Shown piece after piece: positions 1 through 8,768 of a stretch of 64,000 nt of DNA. The notes under the pieces are model-generated. The model was not told where the DNA came from, searched no databases, and was given only the letters and a program-made list of their open reading frames with translations. The number at the start of each line of letters is the position of its first letter. The stretch's first letter is position 1. This DNA comes from Planctomycetota bacterium (GTDB taxonomy: Bacteria; Planctomycetota; Phycisphaerae; SM23-33). The translations under genes were made by a program, and so were the position numbers. The stretch spans positions 13,041-77,040 of the forward strand of contig JAJRYB010000044.1 in NCBI GenBank assembly GCA_024275995.1. Direction: 5' to 3'.

Positions 1-11
1 GATTGAAAGAT

Positions 12-47
12 CGGGCGGGGTCCGTAGCGGCCTCGCCCGTTTTTTTT
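12..47 (+). terminator. Rho-independent terminator of an upstream gene outside the window
   Basis: Stem cgggcgggg (12-20) / cctcgcccg (31-39) followed by T8. Confidence 0.75.
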
Positions 48-200
48 CGTCGTCACAGTCTTTCCGGACGCCTATCGCAGCGGTCGTTTGACAATTTGGG
101 CCGCGATGGTGACAATGCCCGTCTAGAGTACTGAACGATTGAGATGCAACATGTCCTGCGTAGCCGAAGCAAGGCAGGCAAGGAAGGAATACGAGGCATA

Positions 201-217
201 TTCGGAAATATTCCGAA
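201..217. promoter_or_regulatory. Palindromic putative operator TTCGGAA-ATA-TTCCGAA upstream of the sugar operon
   Basis: Perfect 7-bp inverted repeat with 3-bp spacer, ~95 bp before the ROK start. The regulatory role is inference. Confidence 0.4.
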
Positions 218-311
218 GTATTTCTGATGCAGCCGGCCGCAGATGCAGGCAGCAGGGATGTTGCAGATCGAGAGTGAATTGCTCTTAATAATCCGGAGCG
301 TGAGAGAGCAT

Positions 312-1286
312 ATGTCCGAGACCCAAAAGTATTGCGTCGGAATCGACCTGGGTGGAACGTTCATCAAGTTCGTCGCCTTGGGGCGTGACTTCAGGCCGGG
401 CCCCACGCTCCAACTGCCGACACCGGTTCAGGAAGGCCCCGACGGCGTGGCGAAGCGGATGGTGGCGGGACTTGAGCAGCTCATGCAGTCGCAGCGGCTG
501 TCGCGCGAGGACGTGCTCGGCGTCGGGATAGGCGCGCCGGGTCCGCTGAACCTCGCGGATGGCATCGTTGTCGCCATGCCGAACATACCGGGAATGGAAA
601 ACGTTCCATTGAGGGATCTTGTATCCGAAGGCGCCGGTATTCCCGCGGTTCTCGAGAACGACGCCAACGCCGCCGCCTACGGCGAGTTCCTCTGCGGTGC
701 GGGACTCGGCGCCAGGCACATGGTCCTTGTCACGCTCGGGACTGGTATCGGCGGCGGGATTATTATCGATGGGAAGATATACCACGGCGCAAACACGTTT
801 GCCGGCGAGATCGGGCACATTATCGTCGATCCGGAGGGCGAAGAGTGCGGCTGCGGACAGAAAGGCTGCCTCGAACGGTATTGCTCGGCGACTTATATCG
901 CCAAGCGGGCGGAACGAATGATCCGGCAGGAAGGTCGCACCGGGAAGCTCGCGGAACTGTTGAGAGATAACGGCGCCATAACCGCCAGGGACGTCCAACT
1001 GGCGGCAGAAGACGGCGATAAGTTTGCCTCCGAAGTGTGGGACAGCGGGATGTACTTTTTGGCGCTGGGATGCGTAAACATCTGCCGGCTGCTGGACCCG
1101 GACAGGATCGTATTCGCCGGTGGAATGGCCAAGGCGGGAGACGGGCTTCTCGGTCCCGTACGGAAGCACTTCAAGCAGTTGCACTGGTCGCTGACGGACA
1201 TTCTCACGAAAATCGAAATCGCCGGTCTTGGTAACGACGCCGGCGTGATCGGTGCTGCCGGCGTCGCATGGAACGCTTTCGATTGA
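312..1286 (+). CDS. ROK-family sugar kinase (glucokinase / N-acetylhexosamine kinase)
   Basis: GIDLGGT, LENDANAAA, LGTGIGGG, GEIGH and Zn motif CGCGQKGCLE. Start placed at ATG 312; the track ORF begins at 243. Confidence 0.92.
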   Translation: MSETQKYCVGIDLGGTFIKFVALGRDFRPGPTLQLPTPVQEGPDGVAKRMVAGLEQLMQSQRLSREDVLGVGIGAPGPLNLADGIVVAMPNIPGMENVPLRDLVSEGAGIPAVLENDANAAAYGEFLCGAGLGARHMVLVTLGTGIGGGIIIDGKIYHGANTFAGEIGHIIVDPEGEECGCGQKGCLERYCSATYIAKRAERMIRQEGRTGKLAELLRDNGAITARDVQLAAEDGDKFASEVWDSGMYFLALGCVNICRLLDPDRIVFAGGMAKAGDGLLGPVRKHFKQLHWSLTDILTKIEIAGLGNDAGVIGAAGVAWNAFD

Positions 1287-1333
1287 GCGTGTGGGACGTG
1301 TGAGACGGGGACGTAAGAGAAGGAATAATTGCA

Positions 1334-2536
1334 ATGAAGTTGAAGGGAAACGCACTGCTGGGACAGTCCGGCGGTCCGACGGCGGTTATCAACGCGAGTC
1401 TCGCCGGAATTATCGAGGGCGCGGAGAAATTCGACGGCATCGACAGGGTGCTGGGGATGCGGTTCGGGATCGAAGGTTTCATGTCCGACGAGGTGGTGGA
1501 CCTCTCGGCTGAATCTCCGGAGACGATTTCGGGCTTGAAGAACACGCCGTCCAGCGCGCTGGGGAGCTGTCGTCACAAACTTTCGGATGAGGACTTTCCG
1601 CGCATCCTGGAAATGTTTCGCAGGTACTACGTGCGATACCTGTTCCTGATCGGCGGAAACGACACGATGGACACGATCCATCGCATCGGGGCCTATGCCG
1701 CCGGGCAGGACTACGAGTTGTGTGGTATCGGCGTTCCCAAGACGGTCGATAACGATCTGTTCGGCACGGACCACACGCCGGGCTACGGCAGCGCCGCAAG
1801 ATACGTTGCACTCTCGGTCATGCAGGCCGGCCTGCTCGCGCGTGACATGCAGCGCGTAGACCAGTTCGTCATTTTCCAGGCGGTCGGGCGCGACGCGGGT
1901 TGGCTGGCGGCTGCGTCGGCACTTGCGTCTCAGTGCGTAGCGGGCGCGCCGCACCTGATCTACGTTCCTGAGCGTCCCTTCGAGATGGAACAGTTCCTCG
2001 CGGATGTCGAGCAGGTCCAAAAGCGTGAGGGCTGGGTGTCCATAGTTGTCGGCGAGGGAATCGCCTACGCGGACGGGACGCCGGTCTCCGCCTCGCAGAC
2101 GGCGGACAAATTCAGGAATATCGAGTTCGGCGCGATGGGCGGCACGTCTGCTGCGATGATGCTGCACAAGGTGCTCTCCGAAAAATTCGGCTGGCGGGGC
2201 GAGTTCCAGGTGACCGAATCGCTCCAGATGTGCGCCTCCGATCGGACGAGTGAAACGGATGTCGATGAGGCCTACCTCGCCGGTCGCGCAGCCGTCGACG
2301 TGGCAGCGGCCGGGGCAAGCGGACTGATGGTGACGCTTCAACGAGAAAACGGCGCGGCGTACAGGTGCATCACTGCAACTGCGCACCTGTCGGAAGTAGC
2401 GGTCAAGTCCAGGCCCATGCCGGATGAGTTTATCAACGCCGAAGGTAACGGCGTTACCGGCGCGTTCCTGGACTACCTGCGGCCTTTGGTCGGCGAGCTG
2501 CCGACCTGCACGTCGCCGGCGCTCGAGCATGCGTAG
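1334..2536 (+). CDS. pfp: Phosphofructokinase, PPi-dependent type
   Basis: GQSGGPTAVIN; GGNDT (Asp at the PPi-determining position); PKTVDNDL (Lys); good RBS (aaggaa). Confidence 0.88.
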   Translation: MKLKGNALLGQSGGPTAVINASLAGIIEGAEKFDGIDRVLGMRFGIEGFMSDEVVDLSAESPETISGLKNTPSSALGSCRHKLSDEDFPRILEMFRRYYVRYLFLIGGNDTMDTIHRIGAYAAGQDYELCGIGVPKTVDNDLFGTDHTPGYGSAARYVALSVMQAGLLARDMQRVDQFVIFQAVGRDAGWLAAASALASQCVAGAPHLIYVPERPFEMEQFLADVEQVQKREGWVSIVVGEGIAYADGTPVSASQTADKFRNIEFGAMGGTSAAMMLHKVLSEKFGWRGEFQVTESLQMCASDRTSETDVDEAYLAGRAAVDVAAAGASGLMVTLQRENGAAYRCITATAHLSEVAVKSRPMPDEFINAEGNGVTGAFLDYLRPLVGELPTCTSPALEHA

Positions 2537-2559
2537 CTTCGCGTGCCGATGGAGAAAAC

Positions 2560-3570
2560 GTGAACCGGACGGATGAAAAATACGCGAAGTTCGCATTGAC
2601 TCGCGAAATGCTGGAATCGCCCGGCATACTGGCTGGGTTTGACGCGCTCCAGGCCGGACGCGCCGCCGATGCTATCCGTTCGACCGGAAGGCTTTTCATG
2701 ACGGGTGAAGGTTCCAGCCGGATTTTCCCCGCAAAGAACGCCGTCGCAACCGCCCGGATCGCCGGGATGGACGTGTCGGTGGAAAGCGAGGCGAGCTGCC
2801 AGGCCGGGCGGTACGACCTTTCCGGGCACGTTGTTTTCGCCGCAAGCAACAGCGGACGCACGCAGGAAGTGATATCGGTAGTCGAGAAACTCAAGGCGGC
2901 CGGGCACGCGAATTGTTTCGCCCTGACCGCCACTCCCGCAAGCAGGCTGGAAAGCATTGCGGACGAGACGTACGTCCTGACGTGCGGCGGCGAGAAGGCG
3001 GTCGCGGCGACCAAGAGCCTCATGGAGCAGGCTTGGTTTTACCAGGCGATGCTTTCGCTTGTGGCGGGCGAACCGCTGGACGGGCTGGACGCGCTCGCCG
3101 AAAAGGTGGAAGCTGCGCTGACGATGAACGTTCCGGACGAGTTGGTCGACGCGCTCGGCCGGGCGAACATTATCTACTTCCTGGGATTCAACGACGGCGT
3201 GGCAGAAGAGTTGACGCTCAAGGCGAACGAGGTCGTCCGCAAAAAGAGCGCCTTCATGGAAGGCACGTACGCCTTCCACGGCGCACAGGAAGTGATGGAC
3301 GCCGGCGACGTCGTCATTATCGTCGATCCTATCGCCGGCCAGGAATCGCGATATCGGAAAATCCTCGGCGACGAGGCGGGCTTGAAACTGTTTGCGATTT
3401 CCTCGCGCGAAACGGAATTTCCGACGCTGCGGATTCCCGACGCCGGTGCATTCGACACGTACGTTCAGCTGGCTGCGGGCTGGAATGTGCTGGTAGAGGC
3501 GGCGATCTCGTTGGAGATCGATCTGGACAAGCCCAAACGCGCCCGGAAAGTCGCCGACGACGCCGGGTGA
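2560..3570 (+). CDS. Double-SIS-domain sugar-phosphate isomerase/deaminase (GlmS C-terminal-like; possible glucosamine-6-P deaminase)
   Basis: GEGSS, SNSGRT, ATKS, ELTLKANE and FHG motifs; no glutaminase domain. Confidence 0.8.
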   Translation: MNRTDEKYAKFALTREMLESPGILAGFDALQAGRAADAIRSTGRLFMTGEGSSRIFPAKNAVATARIAGMDVSVESEASCQAGRYDLSGHVVFAASNSGRTQEVISVVEKLKAAGHANCFALTATPASRLESIADETYVLTCGGEKAVAATKSLMEQAWFYQAMLSLVAGEPLDGLDALAEKVEAALTMNVPDELVDALGRANIIYFLGFNDGVAEELTLKANEVVRKKSAFMEGTYAFHGAQEVMDAGDVVIIVDPIAGQESRYRKILGDEAGLKLFAISSRETEFPTLRIPDAGAFDTYVQLAAGWNVLVEAAISLEIDLDKPKRARKVADDAG

Positions 3571-3598
3571 CGGACGGATCAATTAATAAGAGGATATC

Positions 3599-5104
3599 AT
3601 GAAGCATTACAATCCGAATTTTGATGAATTTCTGGGTCTGACGAAACAGGGAAATACGATTCCCGTCTATCGCGAACTTCTCGCGGACGCCCTGACGCCG
3701 GTGACGGCGTACCGTCGGCTGTCGATGCCGGCAGGGTTCGCCCCCTCGGAACATTCGTTTCTTCTGGAGAGTGTCGTCGGCGGCGAGAGGATCGCGCGGT
3801 TTTCATTCGCGGCATGCGATCCGGAAGCGACGTTCGTCGCGCGCGGCCGGGAGATAACCATACGGCGCGGGCGCGAGTAACAGATAATCGAGAGCGACGA
3901 TCCGCTGGCCCAGCTCAGCGGCATGCTGGACGCCTACAAGCCGGTGCATCTTCCTTCCCTGCCGCGATTCACGGGCGGAGTGGTGGGCTACGCTTCGTAC
4001 GACATGGTGCGGTACTACGAGAACCTTCCCGATTGCCCGCCGGACGATCGGAACCTGCCCGACCTGTGCTTCGGGCTGTACCGGACGATGGTGATCTTCG
4101 ATCACGTTTCCAAGACGATCAAGGTGGTCGCCAACGCGCACGTGACGGACGATCCGGGCGATGCCTACGCCCGCGCGACCGAAGCGATCGAGCGTACGAT
4201 AGATCGCCTGCGCCAGGGCGACGGTAATGCCGTCGGGGAGATTACGCTCGAGGGCGCTCCGCAGAAGCCGTACAAGAGCAACTTTTCGCCCGAGAAGTAC
4301 ATGGAAGTGGTCGAGGCGTGCAAAGAATACATTCGCGCCGGCGACATTTTCCAGGTCGTCCCCTCGCAGCGTCTGACGGTGGAGACCACCGCCCGCCCGT
4401 TCGACATTTACCGGGCGCTCCGTGTCGTGAACCCCTCGCCGTTCATGTTTCTTCTGAACTCTCCGGACGTGACGCTGGTGGGTTCCAGCCCGGAGATTCT
4501 CTGCCGCGTGGAAGACGGGATCGTAACGAACCGTCCGCTCGCCGGCACGCGCCCCCGCGGTAAAACGCCGCAGGAAGACAGGGCGCTCGAGGAAGAGTTG
4601 TTAGCCGATCCGAAAGAGCGTGCCGAGCACATCATGCTGGTGGACCTGGCGCGGAACGACGTCGGCCGGGTTGCCGAGCCGCAGACGGTCGAGTTGGCGG
4701 ACGTGATGAACGTCGAGCGTTACAGCCACGTCATGCACATCGTTTCCGACGTGAAAGGCAGGCTCGCCGACGGAATGACGGCGTTCGACGCGCTTCGTGC
4801 GGCCCTTCCGGTCGGGACGGTTTCCGGCGCTCCGAAAATACGCGCGATGGAGATCATCGACGAATTCGAACCGACCAAGCGCGGGCCTTACGCCGGCGCC
4901 GTGGGGTACGTGGACTTCTGCGGGAACATGGATACGTGCATCACGCTGCGAACCATGGTGATCAGCGGGGGGAAGGTTCACATTCAGGCGGGCGGCGGGG
5001 TGGTGGCCGACTCCGATCCCCAGGCGGAGTACCAGGAAACCATCAACAAGGCCAAGGCGCTGCTGCGGGCAATCGAAATCGCCGAAGCGGGCTTCGAGGA
5101 ATAG
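3599..5104 (+). pseudogene. trpE: Anthranilate synthase component I interrupted by an in-frame TAA at 3878-3880 (pseudogene or sequence error)
   Basis: ORFs 3599-3880 (FLLESVVGGE..RFSF) and 3923-5104 ([32 protein letters not shown]) share one frame, joined by TAA-CAG-ATA-ATC-GAG-AGC-GAC-GAT-CCG. Confidence 0.85.
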
Positions 5105-5106
5105 TC

Positions 5107-5514
5107 TTATCCCGCGTCGAGGCGATTCTTCCGGGCTGCCAGCAGAAATACGATCGTTTCGACAATCGCTGCCGCCGCCACGACGCCGAGAAGATCGAAA
5201 AACCAATCGCTCCATGCGGCGGTTCTTGCGAACCAGGGTTGGCTCAGCTCGTCGATACCGCCGTAGATGGGCATTACGACGGTGACGAGCGACGTGCGAA
5301 CGCGCCTTCCAAGCCCATGCGAGATCAGCGTCACCAGGAAAATCGCCGTCAGGCTGAAATACCCCACGAAGTGCAGCAGTTTGTCGCCGACCCCGAGTCC
5401 CGCTGGCGCTATGGCCGGCAAGTGCGTCGCGACGAACGCGCCGACCCACGCCGTAACACAGAGAACGAGCAGTATTCGCCTGGCGAGGCGCGAAGTGGGG
5501 GGCGCAGTGCTCAT
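5107..5514 (-). CDS. VanZ-like family membrane protein
   Basis: DKLLHFVGY, GGIDELSQ, R...SDWFFDLLG motifs with hydrophobic helices. Confidence 0.8.
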   Translation of the reverse strand: MSTAPPTSRLARRILLVLCVTAWVGAFVATHLPAIAPAGLGVGDKLLHFVGYFSLTAIFLVTLISHGLGRRVRTSLVTVVMPIYGGIDELSQPWFARTAAWSDWFFDLLGVVAAAAIVETIVFLLAARKNRLDAG

Positions 5515-6497
5515 GACGGGTTCGATTCGTCGGACGGTTCGGTGTCCGGCTGTCTCTGGACCGGCTGCACGTCCGGTGCTGCGACGGCGTCCGGATCGAC
5601 CTGTGCGGGGACCGGCTGGGCTTGCACCGGCGCGTCATGGCCTGCCTGCCCGTCCAGTTCGCCCGGTTCCTCCGGCGCGGGCGCGGAAGGTTCCGTCTGC
5701 TCCATCGCTGCGAGAATTTCTCCAGCCAGCGCGTTGTAGTCTTCGGCGCCGGCGCAGTGCGGCTCGTACTCGAAGATCGTAACGCCGTATGACGGGCACT
5801 CGGCAAGCTTGATGTTTCGTCGAATGACCGTTTCGAAGATCCTCGTACGCGCCCAGGGGCTTGGCGTGTTGCACGCCGCCTGGAAGAACGCTCTCAGGTC
5901 GGCGAGCACTTCGCCGGCTAGGCGCGTCGATGTTTCGTACATGCAGAGAATCACGCCGGAGACTTTCAGCTTCGGGTTGATGCGCTTCTGCACGAGCGAG
6001 ACGGTGTCCAGCAGTTTGCCGAGTCCGTGCAGCGCCAGGAAGTGCGGCTGAAGCGGGATGAACACCTCGTCGGCGGCGGCGAGAGCGTTAAGCGTGAGCA
6101 GTCCGAGGCTTGGCGGGCAGTCGATGAATACGTACTCGTAGGGTAGAGGCCTGGCGGCGAGGCTATCGCGAAGGATCTGCTCTCGTCCGACGGTGGAGAC
6201 GAGTTCGACTTCGGCGGCGGCGAGGTCGATTATCGACGGTACCACGGACAGGCCGGGCGCGACCGTCGTGGAGGCGCCGACGATTTCGCTCCCGCGCGCC
6301 ATGACGTCGTAAATCCCGGTTTCATATGTGCCTGGCTCGATACCGAAATGCAGCGTAAGGTGGGCTTGTGGGTCCAGATCGATCAGCAGCGTCTTGTGCC
6401 CCATCGCGGCGATCGCGGAACCGAGATTCGCGACCGTGGTGGTCTTTCCGACGCCACCTTTCTGATTGATAACCGCTATCGTCTTCACGGCAAGCAT
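5511..6497 (-). CDS. parA: ParA/Soj-family ATPase with acidic Pro/Gln-rich C-terminal tail
   Basis: NQKGGVGKTTT, DLDPQAH, IDCPPSLGLLT, IRRNIKLAECP. Alternative GTG start at 6488. Confidence 0.9.
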   Translation of the reverse strand: MLAVKTIAVINQKGGVGKTTTVANLGSAIAAMGHKTLLIDLDPQAHLTLHFGIEPGTYETGIYDVMARGSEIVGASTTVAPGLSVVPSIIDLAAAEVELVSTVGREQILRDSLAARPLPYEYVFIDCPPSLGLLTLNALAAADEVFIPLQPHFLALHGLGKLLDTVSLVQKRINPKLKVSGVILCMYETSTRLAGEVLADLRAFFQAACNTPSPWARTRIFETVIRRNIKLAECPSYGVTIFEYEPHCAGAEDYNALAGEILAAMEQTEPSAPAPEEPGELDGQAGHDAPVQAQPVPAQVDPDAVAAPDVQPVQRQPDTEPSDESNPS

Positions 6498-6705
6498 TAT
6501 AGGAGGCTAATCGTCCGTTACAAGGGCGCAAAAAAGCTGCAACGAATTGAGGGGCTGGTCTTCTTCTGGAGCACCTTGGAATACAAGGTGTTCAAAAAGC
6601 TGCGGCAGATGTCGCCGTGGCGTTGACACCTGCCGCATGTATCTCATCTTGCACCTCCGGCAGCCGGCCGGAGACTCCCCGCTGAAAATCCATCAGCGGG
6701 TTGCG

Positions 6706-6921
6706 CTATTTTTTCTTCTTGGCTGTTTTCTTCTTGGCCTTTTTCTTCGCCACTTTCTTCTTGGCCGGTTTCTTCTTCGCTACTTTCTTCTTCACGACCT
6801 TCTTCTTGGCGACCTTCTTCTTGACTACTTTCTTCTTGGCCGGTTTCTTCTTGGCGACCTTCTTCTTCACGACCTTCTTTTTCTTCGCGACTTTCTTCTT
6901 AGCTGCTTTCTTCTTCGCCAT
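6706..6921 (-). CDS. Histone H1-like lysine-rich protein (71 aa, 44 Lys, pentapeptide xxKKK repeats)
   Basis: Strong RBS (gaggaggtg) before the ATG; 15-bp periodic repeats; hairpin cccgctga/tcagcggg just after the stop. Confidence 0.8.
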   Translation of the reverse strand: MAKKKAAKKKVAKKKKVVKKKVAKKKPAKKKVVKKKVAKKKVVKKKVAKKKPAKKKVAKKKAKKKTAKKKK

Positions 6922-7407
6922 CTGATATCACCTCCTCTCGATTCGGCGGTTAGGATTTCTGTTACAGCTAGATTACTCTTAACTTTGTACTACCGTTTTG
7001 CACCATGATGCAAGGAGTCATGAAACTTTTCGCGATAAATTTTTCTCGTCCGGTTTCATGTTACTTCGTCGTAACGAAATCGATTCGTTCAACAATTATT
7101 CCACGCGCGATTCGTGTTTGCGTTCGACGCGCACTTTTTGATTTTTTAAAAAGCAAACGTAACGCCTGTTCGTCGGATTGTCCCGGTTCCACAACCAACC
7201 CGTCCCGATCGGGTTTGCATTGGCGATTCGGAAGTCGATGAAAGATTGCTCGACCGGTACGGCGACAGAAATGAATTGCTCCGAGTCGCGATTTGCGCGG
7301 CCCGGAGCCGGCGGCGAATTTTCCTCGGCGCAAAATTGGCTTTTGCCGGGTAACGAATTTATGTAGGCTACGGAACCTCGCGACCCGCGAGATGAGAGAT
7401 CGAGAGC

Positions 7408-8181
7408 ATGAAGACAGTCGAGTTCAACAGATATTCTGCTGCGGCGCTGGTACTTGGGGTTTCGGCGGTACTGTCGGGATGCGCAGTAACCCAGCCCCAG
7501 AACACGCCGGTCTGGCAGAGGCTTGAGGTAGACCCGGTATCCGGGCGTCCGTATTACATCTACGTTCCGAGCACGTACACGCACGACCGCCCGGCCCCGT
7601 TGATCGTAACCTGCCACGGTACACCGCCTTACGACGTGTCAGAACATCATATTCGGGAATGGAAGTGGCTGGCGGAGCAGAACGGATGCATCGTGGTCGC
7701 GCCTTCGCTGAAAGCGACGGACGGTCTGCTTGGCGACGGCCCGGTCGTCGGAATGTACGATTGCGAGCGCGTGATCCTCAGCCTGATCAGCCATCTGCAG
7801 TATCGTTACAATATCGACCGGGCGAATATCATGATCACCGGTTTCTCCGGGGGTGGGTTCCCGACGTACTGGGTGGGCTTGCGAAATCCGGACATTTTCA
7901 GCGTTGTCGTCGCGCGAAGCTGCAACTTCAGCGAGCGTAACCTCGACGGGTGGTATCCGCCCGAAGCGCTCAAGTTGGCCGTGATGGTCTACTACGGATC
8001 GAACGATCCTGGAACTATCAGGAGCCAGTCCAAGAACGCCATTCGGTACTTGCAGTCCAAGGGTTTCAACCTTGCGACGGCGGTGATACCCGGCGCCGGA
8101 CACGAACGACACCCGGAAGTGGCGATGGAATTCTTCCGCAAGAACTGGCGAACGCCCATGCCGTCCCTGCCGTCGAATTGA
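7408..8181 (+). CDS. Lipoprotein alpha/beta-hydrolase (PHB-depolymerase/LpqC-like esterase)
   Basis: Lipobox VLSGC; CHG; nucleophile GFSGGG; G..D; GAGH. Confidence 0.75.
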   Translation: MKTVEFNRYSAAALVLGVSAVLSGCAVTQPQNTPVWQRLEVDPVSGRPYYIYVPSTYTHDRPAPLIVTCHGTPPYDVSEHHIREWKWLAEQNGCIVVAPSLKATDGLLGDGPVVGMYDCERVILSLISHLQYRYNIDRANIMITGFSGGGFPTYWVGLRNPDIFSVVVARSCNFSERNLDGWYPPEALKLAVMVYYGSNDPGTIRSQSKNAIRYLQSKGFNLATAVIPGAGHERHPEVAMEFFRKNWRTPMPSLPSN

Positions 8182-8200
8182 GACCTCAACCCGCATCGCG

Positions 8201-8239
8201 AAAGAAAAACCCACGGGCAAATCCCCGTGGGCTTTTTTT
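8201..8239. terminator. Bidirectional terminator between the esterase and the ATPase operon
   Basis: A-run, cccacggg / cccgtggg stem, T7 run, located between convergent genes. Confidence 0.85.
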
Positions 8240-8302
8240 GTCGACATTTCTTCGGCGCGCAGGCAACTCGCGATGTTGCCGTGCGGCGTCGCGCGGAAGC
8301 GG

Positions 8303-8767
8303 TTACGCCGGCATCATCATGAACATGAACACGAAGGACAGGATACCGACCGTTTCGGCGATGCCCATCGCGATGATGGTGAACGTGAAGGGTTTTCCGT
8401 CGGCCTCGCACATCGCACGGACGCCGGCGGCGCCGATCACTCCCTGCATCCACGCGCTGAACATCTCGCCAAGCCCGACCGCCAGGCCGATGCTGAAAAT
8501 CGCCCCGGCGTTTGCGGACATGAACTGGGGCGTGTAGACGTTGTCTTTCAGAATGATCAGCATGACCAGGAAGCCGTAGATCGTCTGCGAAAGGGGCATG
8601 CCCGTCAGCGCGACGTAGAGGAAGTTCATCGGCTTTCCTTCCTTGGCTTCCTTTGCCCATGCGCCGGCGGCTGCTCTTCCGGCGGCGCCGATTCCCAGCG
8701 CGCTTCCGATCGCACCGAGCCCCAGCGGCAGTGCGAAACCAATTTGACCTAACCATGTCATATCCAT
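8303..8767 (-). CDS. ntpK: V/A-type ATPase subunit K (4-helix proteolipid)
   Basis: LGAIGSALGIG..G.AAAGAW, PLSQTIYG, SAWMQG, GIAETVG; last gene of the operon. Confidence 0.92.
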   Translation of the reverse strand: MDMTWLGQIGFALPLGLGAIGSALGIGAAGRAAAGAWAKEAKEGKPMNFLYVALTGMPLSQTIYGFLVMLIILKDNVYTPQFMSANAGAIFSIGLAVGLGEMFSAWMQGVIGAAGVRAMCEADGKPFTFTIIAMGIAETVGILSFVFMFMMMPA

Positions 8768-8768
8768 C

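Noticed and set aside
1621-1632. PFK RRYYVRY as a further G>T change (GAC>TAC)
   Set aside because: The position is not invariant and I cannot establish the ancestral codon without an alignment.
3878-3880. TAA recoding or an alternative genetic code
   Set aside because: TAA is a normal stop elsewhere (e.g. pckG 49737-49739; 44953-44955), and only one such interruption is present.
6701-6925. Phe-rich 74-aa plus-strand ORF (MRYFFFLAV...) resembling a membrane peptide
   Set aside because: It is the antisense shadow of the Lys-rich gene, which has the RBS and downstream hairpin.
7000-7400. AT-richer divergent intergenic region as an ncRNA or small ORF
   Set aside because: No convincing stem structure or RBS-supported ORF; best read as promoter DNA.
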